Assembly: GCA_002083565.1 (NCBI GenBank) | Contig: MSXM01000012.1 | Coordinates: 956-64,955, forward strand | Length of the DNA: 64,000 nt | From: Nitrospira sp. ST-bin4 | GTDB taxonomy: Bacteria > Nitrospirota > Nitrospiria > Nitrospirales > Nitrospiraceae | Reading direction: 5' to 3' | In this document: positions 40,617-52,776 of the stretch, piece after piece | Layout of the letters: the number at the start of each line of letters is the position of its first letter | Numbering within the stretch: the first letter of the stretch is position 1 | Made by a program: the position numbers and the translations under genes | Notes under the pieces: model-generated | What the model saw: the letters and a program-made list of their open reading frames with translations, nothing else | What the model was told of the DNA's origin: nothing | Database searches by the model: none

Positions 40617-42881
40617 TTACAGCGCGCCGAACATTCGTTCGAAAAAGGCCTTGGTCAGCGTCATGTGTTGCGTGATATCCGTCTGGAGATGCCTTGCTCC
40701 GGCTTGCCAATCATCTGTGGTATAGCCCACTCTCCGCGCGAGAAAGATAAACTCATCCGAATCAGCCGGGGGAAGGACGCGATCCTTGGCGTTGCCTCGA
40801 ACCATTCGAAGGCCGTCGATGAGCATCCGGATGAAAAAATACGCCTTGCGTAAATTCTCGCCGTCCGGTCTCGTCACAATCCCGCACTCGACGAGCCCGG
40901 CCAGCGCCTGCATCGTGTTGGGCGTGCGTAACACGGAGCGCGTATGGCCGTGCATGATTTGGAGGTATTGCACGGCGTATTCGATATCGACGATTCCGCC
41001 GGGACTGTACTTGAGGTTGACCGTGCCATGCTCCACCAGTTGCTTCAGTTGCTGTCGGCGTAGGTCCAGGGCGACCGCGATGTCCCACGGGGTTCCACTG
41101 TAGACATAGGCGTCACGATGCGCCTCGACCCGTTTGCCGAGGGCTGCATCGCCTGCCACATGCCGCAGTTTGATCAAGGATTGCCGCTCGAACGGGGCGG
41201 CGAGGCCTGTGGCATTGTAATACCCGGTGATTTCGTCGAACGGATTTGTCAGTGAGCCTTTGCCGCCGTGGGGACGGAGGCGCACGTCGAGGTGGAAAAT
41301 CCCTTCCTGCCTGGATTCGATCCACTGCAGCAGTTCCTGTCCCAGGCGTTCGAAGTATTCGCTGTTGTCGATGGCCTGTTTTCCGCCGGTGCGGCCTGCG
41401 TCGCCGTAGACGAACAGGACTTCGATATCGGAGGCATAGCCCAGTTCACGGCCGCCGAACTTGCCCAACCCAAGAATCGTGAAGGGACAGGGTTTCTTAT
41501 TGGCCAAACGGGGAGGGCCGTAGAGCTTGTTCAATTTGGCCTGGCAGTCTTTCAGGCTCCGGTCCACGATCACTTCAGCCAGCTGGGTGAGTGCGCCGGA
41601 AAAGTCGGCCAGCGCGACACCCGGCTCGACGATATGCTTCATGTCGATACGAAACAGCTCGCGATCCTTAAACGTGTTTAAGGCCGTCTTGCGCGCGTCG
41701 GCGGTCTTGGCGTGGCCCACGAAGCGATCGATTTCCCTGCGGAGCGATGCACGAGGCTTGGCCAGCGGGGCGTCACGATAGTCCTGCAGGAGCGGCAGGA
41801 GGTTAGTGTGTTGCCGGCGCAGAAAGTCTTCCCAGAGAAAGTCGCTGGTGCCGAGTAAGCGGGCCAGGAGCGGAAACGTTTTCTTGTCGCTGAGCAGCGC
41901 AAGCGCCTGCTGCTGGGCTTTTCCTTTCGTTTCTTGCACGATGAGGTCGAGGAACTGGTCGAAGGCCTCGAGGGCTTTGGTCGGGTCCGGCGCCCAGGTC
42001 AGCGCATGGGTGAACTGCTTGATGAGCACGGCCGTCAACCGCAACTGTTGCTGATCGGTCGGATCGGTCAGCTTCTGGCCGTAGCGATTGCGGACATAGA
42101 AGCGGTCGTGCAGTTTGGCATCCTCGATGTCGATTTGCGCTTTGGAGATATAGACATTGCGCATCGCGAGCGCGTTGGCGAAGGCGTAGAGGAACGCGGG
42201 GGTATCGTCCGACCGGATGTCCATAATCGTGTCTGTCGGAGACTGGCTGTTGTCGAAGGTGATTTGTACGGGGTGGAGCAGGCCGCTGAAGGACCCGCGG
42301 CGCCGGCCGAGTTGTTCGACCAGCCGGCGATTTACCGCGTGGCGGGCTTCTTCGAACTGGTTCGTGTCGAGCAGGCCGATGACGGAGCGCAGTTCCTGCG
42401 CGAGCCGGTCCTGCTCAGCCGGTCCGAACGAGGCCCCGTGAACCGGTTGGACGCGGAAGATGTCGACGATTTTCTTGCTGCTCAACCCGGGCCGCCTCTG
42501 TGGACGCCGGCGCGGACTTTCACTGTAGGAGGCTTTGGCTGGTTTGGCGGATGCGGCTTCGGCGAACGTATAGATTTGGCCTTCTTCGATGTTCAATCCG
42601 AAGGCGGATAGGAGGCCGCAAATGGTGGCGAACTCGGCAAAATAGTCATAGGCGACGATGGTCACATCGACGCGGCCGCTCTGTTGTTCGGTGATCGAGA
42701 GTTCGCAGAGATGGTCCGGCGTCAGTTGGGCTGCCAGATGAATATGCCTCGCAATGGCGGTTGGATCGACTCGCCGGAAATATTCCTGATCCATCCGGCT
42801 GATAAAGTCGTGCAGAATGTCGGACGGGACGTCCTGACAGTGAGATGTGACGGTCCGGAGGATTTGTTCACGGTTGTCCAT
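40617..42881 (-). CDS. glnE: GlnE half: two GlnD-type ACT domains fused to one GlnE nucleotidyltransferase domain (AT-like)
   Basis: GLGKFGGRELGYASDIEVLF, LDVRLRPHG, LKYSPGGIVDIEY; N-terminal ACT patterns GLNIEEGQIYT and FDNSQS..TIMDIRSDDTPAFLY...DRFYV; probable ATG 42881. Confidence 0.9.
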   Translation of the reverse strand: MDNREQILRTVTSHCQDVPSDILHDFISRMDQEYFRRVDPTAIARHIHLAAQLTPDHLCELSITEQQSGRVDVTIVAYDYFAEFATICGLLSAFGLNIEEGQIYTFAEAASAKPAKASYSESPRRRPQRRPGLSSKKIVDIFRVQPVHGASFGPAEQDRLAQELRSVIGLLDTNQFEEARHAVNRRLVEQLGRRRGSFSGLLHPVQITFDNSQSPTDTIMDIRSDDTPAFLYAFANALAMRNVYISKAQIDIEDAKLHDRFYVRNRYGQKLTDPTDQQQLRLTAVLIKQFTHALTWAPDPTKALEAFDQFLDLIVQETKGKAQQQALALLSDKKTFPLLARLLGTSDFLWEDFLRRQHTNLLPLLQDYRDAPLAKPRASLRREIDRFVGHAKTADARKTALNTFKDRELFRIDMKHIVEPGVALADFSGALTQLAEVIVDRSLKDCQAKLNKLYGPPRLANKKPCPFTILGLGKFGGRELGYASDIEVLFVYGDAGRTGGKQAIDNSEYFERLGQELLQWIESRQEGIFHLDVRLRPHGGKGSLTNPFDEITGYYNATGLAAPFERQSLIKLRHVAGDAALGKRVEAHRDAYVYSGTPWDIAVALDLRRQQLKQLVEHGTVNLKYSPGGIVDIEYAVQYLQIMHGHTRSVLRTPNTMQALAGLVECGIVTRPDGENLRKAYFFIRMLIDGLRMVRGNAKDRVLPPADSDEFIFLARRVGYTTDDWQAGARHLQTDITQHMTLTKAFFERMFGAL

Positions 42882-42890
42882 TGTGCAGGC

Positions 42891-42940
42891 AGTATACCGC
42901 AATGCCGTTCATTGTGTGAGAGGGAGCGCGCCAGTATAAT
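42891..42940. promoter_or_regulatory. overlapping divergent promoters of the two glnE halves
   Basis: Plus strand TTGTGT(42912)-N17-TATAAT(42935); minus strand TATACT at 42891-42896, about 10 nt before the ATG. Confidence 0.5.
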
Positions 42941-42968
42941 GCCGCGCCAGACGGAGATGGCGAGGAAC

Positions 42969-42996
42969 GTGAAACGTGAGGCGTGAAACGTGAGGC
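42969..42996 (+). repeat. (GTGAAAC GTGAGGC)x2 heptamer array
   Basis: Read directly from the sequence; same units occur at 50532-50545. Confidence 0.85.
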
Positions 42997-43043
42997 GAAA
43001 GCCTGAGAAATTCGGCAGGTCAGGGTCGTCGGCTGGGGAACTG

Positions 43044-44726
43044 ATGCCGGTTTTACGGAGGGCATCGATCGGGCCGGACCCGACGCCGGTCTTATTGGCG
43101 GAGGAACGGAGCCCCGAGCGGATCAGAGCCATTCTGTCGGCCTATGGGTTGAGGAATATCGAGCAAGCCGACCGTAATCTCAGCGCGATGGCGGGGGAAC
43201 CGCATGAGCGGCGTCAGTTGGCCGAGATCCTTCCGCAGCTGTTAGCGGCCGTCGCGCGGACGGCCGATCCCGATCAAGCACTCAATCATTGGGAGCGGCT
43301 GTTATCAAACGTGACCCGCTCATCCTTTCTGGACTATCTGCGCAGTTCGCCGCGCATGGTGGAGGTCCTCGCGACGATTTTTGGCAACAGCGATTCGCTG
43401 GCTTTCACGATCGTTCGCGATCCCATGCTGGTCTATTGGCTGGCTGAGGAATCTGTGCTCTCGAAGCCGGCAACCCGTGCCGACATCGAACAGTCATTGC
43501 AAAAGCAGCTGGCCAGGTTGACGGTGAAGGAGTTGAAGCTGGATGTGTTGCGCCGGGTGCGGCGGCGAGAGATGTTGCGGATTGGTGTGCGCGACCTGCT
43601 GCGCATGGCTGACGTGCCGGAGACCATGGCTTCCCTCTCCGATTTGGCCGGTGCCTTGATTCACGCAGCGTATCAAGTGGTGGATGCGGACTTGCGCTCC
43701 CTCTACGGCGTTCCCATGCATAAGAACCGGCGGGGGAAGTGGGTGGAGACCGGCTTTGCCGTGATGGGGATGGGGAAACTTGGCGGTCATGAGCTGAATT
43801 ACAGCTCCGACGTCGATCTGATCTACGTCTACGCGTCCCATGAAGGAGAGACGAGAGCCCCGCGCGGAAAGTCAGCCGGGAAGCCGGCGGGTGCCGGTAT
43901 TTCCAGCGAGGAATATTTTGAAATCCTCTCGCGCGAGCTGACCAAGGCGCTGGTCGAACAGACCAGAGAGGGGTACGTCTTTCGTGTGGATCTGCGTCTG
44001 CGGGCCGAAGGGTCCGTCGGGCAGTTAGCCCGCTCGCTGGCGGATTACAAAAAATATTACGAGACCAGAGGCATGGCATGGGAACGATTGGCGCTCCTGA
44101 AAGCCTGGCCGGTGGCAGGGTCGATGGCGGTGGGGCAGGCGTTCTTGAACATGGCCAAGCCGTTCATTTTTGGCGCAGGCAAGATGGATTGTGCCGGAGC
44201 GCTGGCGATCGTGCAGAATGTGCGGGCGGTGAAGGAGATGATCGATGCGAAGATGGCCGAGCGCGGCCATGAGCGGCGCAATGTGAAGCTTGGAATCGGC
44301 GGCATCAGGGAGATTGAATTTCTCGCGCAGACGGTTCAGGTGTTGGCGGGAAAGCAGGCGCCGGCGCTTCTCGACCGCAGCACGCTCGGGGCGCTGCCCC
44401 GGTTTGTGACACGCAGGCTGATCTCGGGCCGGGAGCGGGATGAGCTGACGGCGGCGTACCTCTTTCTACGCGATGTCGAGCACAAGCTTCAGATGGTCCA
44501 TGACCTACAAACCCATGCGCTGCCGGATGAGACGGAGGAGTTGGAGCGCTGCGCCATCCGTGGGGGCTACGACGGCAGCGATCGGACTGCTGCTGTGAAG
44601 AAATTCCTGGCGGACCATGCGACTCATACGGCTGCCGTGCATCGCGCGTTTCAGTCGCTCTTCTATGAGCCCAATACCTCGCGGTTATTCAAAGCGACTC
44701 TGCGGGCGATGGGGACAAAAGGGTAG
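43044..44726 (+). CDS. glnE: GlnE half: single nucleotidyltransferase domain (adenylyl-removase-like)
   Basis: GMGKLGGHELNYSSDVDLIY, FRVDLRLRAEG, WERLALLKA, NVKLGIGGIREIEF, LRDVEHKLQ...QTHALP; start ATG 43044 or GTG 42990. Confidence 0.9.
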   Translation: MPVLRRASIGPDPTPVLLAEERSPERIRAILSAYGLRNIEQADRNLSAMAGEPHERRQLAEILPQLLAAVARTADPDQALNHWERLLSNVTRSSFLDYLRSSPRMVEVLATIFGNSDSLAFTIVRDPMLVYWLAEESVLSKPATRADIEQSLQKQLARLTVKELKLDVLRRVRRREMLRIGVRDLLRMADVPETMASLSDLAGALIHAAYQVVDADLRSLYGVPMHKNRRGKWVETGFAVMGMGKLGGHELNYSSDVDLIYVYASHEGETRAPRGKSAGKPAGAGISSEEYFEILSRELTKALVEQTREGYVFRVDLRLRAEGSVGQLARSLADYKKYYETRGMAWERLALLKAWPVAGSMAVGQAFLNMAKPFIFGAGKMDCAGALAIVQNVRAVKEMIDAKMAERGHERRNVKLGIGGIREIEFLAQTVQVLAGKQAPALLDRSTLGALPRFVTRRLISGRERDELTAAYLFLRDVEHKLQMVHDLQTHALPDETEELERCAIRGGYDGSDRTAAVKKFLADHATHTAAVHRAFQSLFYEPNTSRLFKATLRAMGTKG

Positions 44727-44757
44727 GGTTGATCGAGGCTAAGCAGCTGAGAAACAC

Positions 44758-44789
44758 GAAGGCCCCGGCGGTTTCCCGCCGGGGCCTTC
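44758..44789. terminator. hairpin between convergent glnE half and groEL
   Basis: Perfect 14-bp stem GAAGGCCCCGGCGG-TTTC-CCGCCGGGGCCTTC. Confidence 0.8.
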
Positions 44790-44805
44790 ATATCTGGAAC
44801 TCCGA

Positions 44806-44840
44806 GCCGTCAGCTATCGGCTATCAGCCATACGCCATCA
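44806..44840 (+). repeat. heptamer array (GCCATCA family)
   Basis: gccgtca gctatcg gctatca gccatac gccatca. Confidence 0.75.
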
Positions 44841-44852
44841 GCTCTTCGTTTC

Positions 44853-46523
<1,671 letters not shown>

Positions 46524-46568
46524 CTAACGTTAGTAAAGTCGAAAATTCATCGTGTCACAAGAGACACG

Positions 46569-46868
46569 TTACGCGGTGAAAATGCCCAAAATGTCTTCTT
46601 CCTTCAGGATCAAGCACTCTTCGTCTTCGATGCGGAGCTTGCTTCCTGAGTATTTGTCGAACAAGACATGGTCGCCGACCTTGACGTTTTCGACCTTCTT
46701 GCCGACCGCTTGCACGACACCACGCTGAGGCTTCTCTTTGGCCGAATCCGGCACATAAATTCCGCCGGCGGTCCGCTCCAGTTCCTCGGTATAGGTGACG
46801 AATACCCGCTCGCCCAGTGGTTGGAACCCCTTGGCAACGTTCTTCTTTTCCTTCTCAGCTGTGCTCAT
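46569..46868 (-). CDS. groS: co-chaperonin GroES
   Basis: QPLGERV...TAGGIYVPDSAKEKP...VKVGD.VLF.KYSG...EEDILG. Confidence 0.97.
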   Translation of the reverse strand: MSTAEKEKKNVAKGFQPLGERVFVTYTEELERTAGGIYVPDSAKEKPQRGVVQAVGKKVENVKVGDHVLFDKYSGSKLRIEDEECLILKEEDILGIFTA

Positions 46869-46992
46869 AACAGAACCTCCTCCTGATGAAAGTTAACTCG
46901 TCATTGTGAACGATGTGGGATGGGCTTGTACTCGATCGCGCTGATAGTGTACGCACTCGAATAGGCAGAAGCCCTGCACGACTCGGAACCAG

Positions 46993-47020
46993 AGATAGCC
47001 CTGGCTCGACGCAAGTCAAG
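46993..47020 (-). promoter_or_regulatory. candidate heat-shock (sigma32-type) promoter of groESL
   Basis: Minus strand CTTGAC-N16-CTATCT, resembling RpoH promoters; rpoH lies directly upstream. Confidence 0.4.
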
Positions 47021-47146
47021 GGGTGGCGCAGAGGATTTTCTATTGCCTCCCACTCTGTCGAACGAACTATCTTAACTCATTGAGAATTCGGTATTCCAGA
47101 GCTATTTTTCGGTGTGTCTACAGGCACGATGCATATGGTGAAGGGG

Positions 47147-48145
47147 CTAAGCCCGCAACTGGTCGAAATCTTTGACGTCCTTCTTAATGTAGTCGCGTAG
47201 CCGCTTGATGATGCGGGCCTCTAACTGGCGGGTGCGCTCCTTGGTAATGCCATACTTGCCGCCTAGGTCGTCTAATGTCAGCGGATCTTCAGAGAGGATA
47301 CGATTTCTGAGAATGTCTTCGTCCCGTTCGTCCAAGGTTTTGATGAACTCCGCGAGTTTTGCACGAAAGAGCGTGCGTAACTGCTGATCGGCAAGCTGTT
47401 CGTCCGCCGGTTTCTGTTGTGACGGGATAATATCGAGTAGGCTGCCGTCCTGGTTCTCGCCGATCGGTTGGTCCAGCGACAGTTCCCAGTTGCCCAGGCG
47501 CGCATCCATCTCGATCACGTCGCGTTCACGGACGTTCAAGCGGTCCGCGAGCAGCTTCGTATCGGGGGCGAACCCTTCCCGTTCGAGCTTGGCTTTTTCT
47601 TTTTTCAAGTTATAGAACAGCTTCCGCTGATCCTGGGTTGTCCCGATCTTGACCAGCCGGAAGGTATTGAGCAGGTAGCGAAGAATATAGGCCCGCGACC
47701 ACCAGGCCGCATAGGCGTAGAAGCGGACATTCTTGGCGGGGTCAAATTTCTTGATCGCCTGCATCAGGCCGACGTTACCCTCTTGAATCAAATCCATATG
47801 GTCGGCGCCGGTATGGAGATATTCCGATGCGATCGCGACCGACACGCGCAAGTTGGCCATGATGAGTTTGACTGCCGCTTCACGGCTGCCGTGCGCATGA
47901 TATTCCTGGAAGAGCCGAAGCTCTTCTTCTTTGGAAAGGTAGGGATAGCGGCGGATTTCGGCAAGATACTGCTGCAGCGCCGTGACCGGCACCACGGCGG
48001 TGGTGCCGGCTGGCGCGCTGTGGTCAGGGTCCGGTGCGGGGCTGAGCTCCACAACGGGCGGAGGGTTGTTCAGCTCCTCGTCCGAGGGCCCCAAGACCTC
48101 TGGCTCAAGGATCTCGTCTTCCGGATCATCTTTACGAGTCGCCAT
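47147..48145 (-). CDS. rpoH: RNA polymerase sigma-32 factor
   Basis: DLIQEGNVGLMQA, RpoH box GTTQDQRKLFYNL, ITKERTRQLE. Confidence 0.9.
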   Translation of the reverse strand: MATRKDDPEDEILEPEVLGPSDEELNNPPPVVELSPAPDPDHSAPAGTTAVVPVTALQQYLAEIRRYPYLSKEEELRLFQEYHAHGSREAAVKLIMANLRVSVAIASEYLHTGADHMDLIQEGNVGLMQAIKKFDPAKNVRFYAYAAWWSRAYILRYLLNTFRLVKIGTTQDQRKLFYNLKKEKAKLEREGFAPDTKLLADRLNVRERDVIEMDARLGNWELSLDQPIGENQDGSLLDIIPSQQKPADEQLADQQLRTLFRAKLAEFIKTLDERDEDILRNRILSEDPLTLDDLGGKYGITKERTRQLEARIIKRLRDYIKKDVKDFDQLRA

Positions 48146-48254
48146 ATGAATCGCAAACTATAACAGAACCTCGGCCCGTGACAATGGCCAATGGTCAATG
48201 GTAGATTGCCATCACACCGACCGGTTATCCATTTACCATTCCATTCATCCAGCG

Positions 48255-49463
48255 ATGGCTACGCCGTTTGACAGTATCGAAAGCGCGATTCGGGACATCA
48301 AGAAGGGCAAATTCATTATCCTGGTCGACGACGAAGACCGGGAAAATGAAGGTGATCTCGTCATCGCGGCAGAGAAAGTGACTCCGCAGGCCGTCAACTT
48401 CATGGCCAAGCATGCGCGTGGACTGATTTGTCTGGCCCTCACGCCGGAGCGAGTTGAGGAGCTGCAACTGCCTCAGCAGGCCGTTGAGAATACCGCGACA
48501 TTCGGGACCGCCTTTACGGTGTCGATCGATGCCCGCAAGGATGTGACGACCGGTATCTCTGCCGCCGACCGCGCCACCACCATTCATGCCGCGATCGATC
48601 CAAAATCGAAACCCAGCGATCTAGCGCGCCCCGGCCATATTTTCCCGTTGAAGGCTCAGCACGGCGGTGTGCTGAAACGTGCCGGCCAGACGGAAGGCTC
48701 TGTCGATCTGGCCCGGTTGGCCGGATTGTATCCAGCCGGAGTGATTTGCGAGATCATGAACGAGGACGGCACCATGGCGCGTGTGCCGGAGCTGGCGAAA
48801 TTTGCCAGGGCACACAAGCTGACGATGGTAACGGTGAAGGCGCTGATTGAACACCGCATGCGCCGCGAGACCTTTGTCCGGCGGATGGCAAGCGCGAAGC
48901 TGCCGACGATGTTCGGTGAGTTCGAAGCGGTCGCGTTCGAGAACCAAATCGACGGGATCACCCACATCGCGCTGGTACGGGGGCGGGTGGATACCGGCGA
49001 GCCGACGCTTGTGCGTGTGCATTCCGGCTGTCTGACCGCCGATGCGTTGGGCTCTCTCCGCTGCGATTGTCGTGATCAGCTCCATGCGGCGATGGAAGTC
49101 ATCCAAAAAGCCGATCGGGGGGTGTTGCTCTATCTCAATCAGGAAGGGCGCGGGATCGGGTTGCTCAACAAGATCAGGGCCTATGGGCTTCAGGACACGG
49201 GCAGCGACACGGTCGAGGCGAATTTGAAACTCGGGTTCAAGGCCGATCTGAGGGACTATGGCGTCGGCGCACAGATTTTGGCGAGTCTCGGGCTGCACCA
49301 GATTCAGCTGATCACGAATAACCCGCGCAAGATTGTCGGGATCGAAGGCTATGGATTGAAAGTCGTCGAGCGGGTGCCGATCGAGATCGCGCCGCGCGCG
49401 GCGAACGTGCGATATCTCCGAACCAAGAAAAATAAGATGGGCCATATTTTGAAAAAGGTATGA
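48255..49463 (+). CDS. ribBA: bifunctional DHBP synthase / GTP cyclohydrolase II
   Basis: [48 protein letters not shown]. Confidence 0.98.
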   Translation: MATPFDSIESAIRDIKKGKFIILVDDEDRENEGDLVIAAEKVTPQAVNFMAKHARGLICLALTPERVEELQLPQQAVENTATFGTAFTVSIDARKDVTTGISAADRATTIHAAIDPKSKPSDLARPGHIFPLKAQHGGVLKRAGQTEGSVDLARLAGLYPAGVICEIMNEDGTMARVPELAKFARAHKLTMVTVKALIEHRMRRETFVRRMASAKLPTMFGEFEAVAFENQIDGITHIALVRGRVDTGEPTLVRVHSGCLTADALGSLRCDCRDQLHAAMEVIQKADRGVLLYLNQEGRGIGLLNKIRAYGLQDTGSDTVEANLKLGFKADLRDYGVGAQILASLGLHQIQLITNNPRKIVGIEGYGLKVVERVPIEIAPRAANVRYLRTKKNKMGHILKKV

Positions 49464-50011
49464 AGGTAGGGATGAAGCCTCGGAAGGAACTGCGCAACGC
49501 AGCTGGGTTCAGGTTTGGCATCGTCGTTGCGACGTTCAACAAGCTGGTGACGGACAGCCTGCTTTCTTCCTGTCTCGACGGTCTGACCAAACAAGGCGTG
49601 AAGGATGCGGACATCGAAGTGGTCCGGGTGCCGGGTGCGTTCGAAATCCCGCTGGTTGCGCGAACGCTGGCGAAGACCGGCCGGCTTGATGCGGTGATTT
49701 GTTTGGGGGCTGTGATTCGGGGGGACACGCCGCATTTCGACTTTATCAGCGCCGAGGCAAGCCGAGGGATCGGCCAGGCCGCGCTGGACTCCGGTGTGCC
49801 GGTTATTTTTGGAGTGCTGACGACGGATACCGAGACGCAAGCTATCGAGCGGGCCGACCCCGGCACGTTCAATCGAGGCGGCGAGGCGGCAAAGTCGGCG
49901 ATCGACATGGCAACGGTGATGCGGATGTTGAAAGGAGAGGCTGACAGGTCGGCAAGTTCCAGGCTGACAAGCGGGACGGCCAAGCGTCAAATCAGGAGAA
50001 CAACAAGATGA
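49460..50011 (+). CDS. ribH: 6,7-dimethyl-8-ribityllumazine synthase
   Basis: [29 protein letters not shown]. Confidence 0.97.
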   Translation: MKVGMKPRKELRNAAGFRFGIVVATFNKLVTDSLLSSCLDGLTKQGVKDADIEVVRVPGAFEIPLVARTLAKTGRLDAVICLGAVIRGDTPHFDFISAEASRGIGQAALDSGVPVIFGVLTTDTETQAIERADPGTFNRGGEAAKSAIDMATVMRMLKGEADRSASSRLTSGTAKRQIRRTTR

Positions 50012-50099
50012 GGCGATCTCATCAGTTTTTCCCTTTGGCTGTGCATCGGTCTGTTGCCTTGTCGGCGCGTCGTCGTGCCAGCCTGTCGGCTCAATAGCT

Positions 50100-50552
50100 A
50101 TGGGGACTCGCCATGAGGCTCGCGAGCGGGCATTGCAGATCCTCTTTCAGTATGACATCCATGGCAAACCGGGACTTTGGTTGGAAGAGTTTTGGAAGCC
50201 ACTGAAGGCTGATGAGGAGACCAAAGCTTTTGCGGAGCGGCTGGTCGCGGGGGTACTGGAGAAGAAAAAAGAGCTGGATCAGCTGATCGGCAGGTACGCC
50301 GTGAATTGGACAATCGCCCGCATGCAGATCGTTGACAGGAATATTTTACGGATCGGCGCCTATGAACTGCTGTGGCTGAACGACGTGCCGGCCAAGGTGA
50401 CGGTGAATGAGGCGATCGAGCTCGCCAAAGATTTCGGCGACGACGAAGCCGCGAAGTTCGTGAACGGTATTCTGGACAAGGTGTTGTCGTCCGAGCAGCG
50501 GCTTGAAGTTAAAAGACGTGAGGCGGCAGGCGTGAAACGTGAGGCGAAATAA
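50100..50552 (+). CDS. nusB: transcription antitermination factor NusB
   Basis: [37 protein letters not shown]. Confidence 0.97.
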   Translation: MGTRHEARERALQILFQYDIHGKPGLWLEEFWKPLKADEETKAFAERLVAGVLEKKKELDQLIGRYAVNWTIARMQIVDRNILRIGAYELLWLNDVPAKVTVNEAIELAKDFGDDEAAKFVNGILDKVLSSEQRLEVKRREAAGVKREAK

Positions 50553-50610
50553 TGCGGATGAATAGGCTGCTGTTTTCTCCACCCCTTACGCCTAACTCCT
50601 TACGCCTAAC
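50518..50610. repeat. inverted pair of GTGAGGC-family heptamer arrays
   Basis: gtgaggc ggcaggc gtgaaac gtgaggc (50518-50545, inside nusB) and cccttac gcctaac tccttac gcctaac (50583-50610). Confidence 0.7.
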
Positions 50611-50619
50611 GGGGCAGAG

Positions 50620-51957
50620 ATGATTGACCGCTATACCCGTCCCAAGATGAAGGCTATCTGGGATCTGAAACGCAAGTATGAGATTTGGCTCGAAGTCGAG
50701 CTGCAAGCCTGTGCGGCGTTTGAACGGGCGGGACAGGCGCCGCGCGGTACGGCGGCCAAAATTCGCAAGAAGGCAAAGATCAATGTCGAGCGAATCGCCG
50801 AAATCGAAAAAGTGACGAAGCACGATATCATCGCGTTTCTCGAATCGCTCATGGATACGGTCGGGCCGGAACACCGGTTTCTTCACATGGGGCTGACCTC
50901 GTCCGACATCGTGGACACCTCGCTCGCCCTTCAAATGACCGAGGCCATGGATCTGATCCTGGACGGGGTCGAGGCGTTTCTCGCTGTGTTGAAGCGGCAG
51001 GCGTTCCGGTACAAGAAACAGGCCATGGTCGGACGGTCGCACGGTATCCACGGCGAACCGATTTCGTTTGGATTCAAGCTGGCCATTTGGCATGAGGAAG
51101 TGGGCCGCCATTGGAAACGGTTGAAGGCGGTTCGTGAGGACATCGCGGTCGGCAAACTTTCCGGCGCGATGGGGACCTTTGCTCATCAAAGTCCGGACAT
51201 TGAGGAGTATGTCTGCGCACAGTTGGGCTTGAAGCCGGACCCTGTGTCCAATCAAGTGGTTCAGCGCGATCGCCATGCCGCCTTCGCCACCGCGCTGGCG
51301 CTGCTGGCTGCCACGATCGAAAAGATTGCAACGGAGATCCGTCATCTTCAGCGCACCGAAGTGCTGGAGGCGGAAGAATACTTTTCCGAAGGCCAAAAGG
51401 GCTCGTCGGCCATGCCGCATAAGCGCAATCCGATTGTCTCGGAAAATCTCTGCGGCCTGGCGCGGCTGGTGCGGGCCAACAGTCTGGCCGCCATGGAAAA
51501 TGTCGCTCTGTGGCACGAACGGGACATCAGCCATTCTTCGGTCGAGCGCGTCATCATGCCGGACAGCACCATCCTGATCGATTATATGCTGGCGAAGGTG
51601 ACGGAGCTCATTAAAAATCTGGTGGTCTATCCGGATCGCATGGCGCGGAACTTAGAACTGACGGGCGGGCTCGTCTATTCGCAGCGGCTGCTGTTGTCGC
51701 TGATCGACAAAGGCGCGCAGCGGAAGGAGTCATACGAGGCGGTCCAGCGAAACGCTATGGCGTCATGGACGGGATCAGGCGGGTTGCAGGAACTGGTGTG
51801 CAAAGACCCCTTTATCTCGCAGCATCTCACACAACGCGAGATTGCCGGGTGTTTCAATCCGAAGTATTATCTGCGGCACCTCGACCGAGTGTTTAAGCGG
51901 GTGTTTCGGGGTGGAGGACAACGAACCGCCAACCAACAGAAGGAGAGACGCACATGA
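50620..51957 (+). CDS. purB: adenylosuccinate lyase
   Basis: MIDRY, HMGLTSSD, GRSHGIHGEP, GSSAMPHKRNP, WHERDISHSS. Confidence 0.98.
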   Translation: MIDRYTRPKMKAIWDLKRKYEIWLEVELQACAAFERAGQAPRGTAAKIRKKAKINVERIAEIEKVTKHDIIAFLESLMDTVGPEHRFLHMGLTSSDIVDTSLALQMTEAMDLILDGVEAFLAVLKRQAFRYKKQAMVGRSHGIHGEPISFGFKLAIWHEEVGRHWKRLKAVREDIAVGKLSGAMGTFAHQSPDIEEYVCAQLGLKPDPVSNQVVQRDRHAAFATALALLAATIEKIATEIRHLQRTEVLEAEEYFSEGQKGSSAMPHKRNPIVSENLCGLARLVRANSLAAMENVALWHERDISHSSVERVIMPDSTILIDYMLAKVTELIKNLVVYPDRMARNLELTGGLVYSQRLLLSLIDKGAQRKESYEAVQRNAMASWTGSGGLQELVCKDPFISQHLTQREIAGCFNPKYYLRHLDRVFKRVFRGGGQRTANQQKERRT

Positions 51958-52754
51958 TCGGGATACGGCGAGCCGGTATCATTGCCTCGGCTCTTGTGAT
52001 GAGCATCTGCCTTTGGGCGCCGCTCTCTTTTGGAGGGGCGGATCGGGACAAGCTGCTCAGCGAGCCTGGTGTGTTCGGCACCTTTGCGACGTTCAGTCTC
52101 GGCGAAACATGGGTGAAACAGGATCAGGCGACCCGGATCGGTCAGTTGGCTCTGTTGAAGGGGGTGGTCGAACAACATCGGGAAAAGATCGCCGTCGATC
52201 TCTATCTTCTGCGCGGCTTGTCCGACTATGGGGATCTGATGTTCCGGGTGCATGCGTCCGAGCTGCGGGATACCCAACAATTTCTCCTGGATCTTCAGAG
52301 CAGCGCCTTCGGCAAGCATCTCAAAGGGGCCGGACTGATGCATGGCCTCACCAAGAAGGCCAATTACGTACCGGGGTTCCCGGATCAGCTGAAGACGGAC
52401 TTGAAAGTAGCCAGTGAGCCGGGCTCCAAGCCGTATGCCATTGTGATTCCGGTCAGAAAGAGTGCGGAGTGGTGGGCGTTGGATCAGGACAAGCGCGCCG
52501 CAATGATGCAGGAACATACGGAGGCGACAATGCCCTATCTCAAGACCGTGAAGCGGAAACTCTACCACTCCAGCGGATTAGACGATCTGGATTTTATCAC
52601 CTATTTTGAGACCTCCAAGTTGGAAGATTTCCACAGTCTGATTCTGTCGCTGGAGAAGGTCAAAGAGTTTCAATACACACGCCGGCTCGGGCATCCCACG
52701 CTGATCGGCGTCGTGAAGTCGTTGGACGAAATGATCGAAGTGCTCGCGCAGTAG
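51954..52754 (+). CDS. cld: periplasmic chlorite dismutase (long, clade-1 type)
   Basis: Signal peptide, ADRDKLL; IPVRKSAEWW, proximal His in MQEHT, distal Arg in TVKRKLYHS, LDDLDFITYFET. Confidence 0.93.
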   Translation: MIGIRRAGIIASALVMSICLWAPLSFGGADRDKLLSEPGVFGTFATFSLGETWVKQDQATRIGQLALLKGVVEQHREKIAVDLYLLRGLSDYGDLMFRVHASELRDTQQFLLDLQSSAFGKHLKGAGLMHGLTKKANYVPGFPDQLKTDLKVASEPGSKPYAIVIPVRKSAEWWALDQDKRAAMMQEHTEATMPYLKTVKRKLYHSSGLDDLDFITYFETSKLEDFHSLILSLEKVKEFQYTRRLGHPTLIGVVKSLDEMIEVLAQ

Positions 52755-52776
52755 CCTATTCAGCCCGAGGCGATTT

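Noticed and set aside
42939..42989. Selenocysteine/readthrough N-terminal extension of the plus-strand GlnE half across TGA 42984
   Set aside because: The TGA lies inside a heptamer repeat array in the probable 5' UTR (TATAAT at 42935), and the extension is not GlnE-like
46925..46980. CIRCE operator upstream of groES
   Set aside because: Only a GCACTC half-site; the right arm (GAAGCCCTG) does not match GAGTGCTAA
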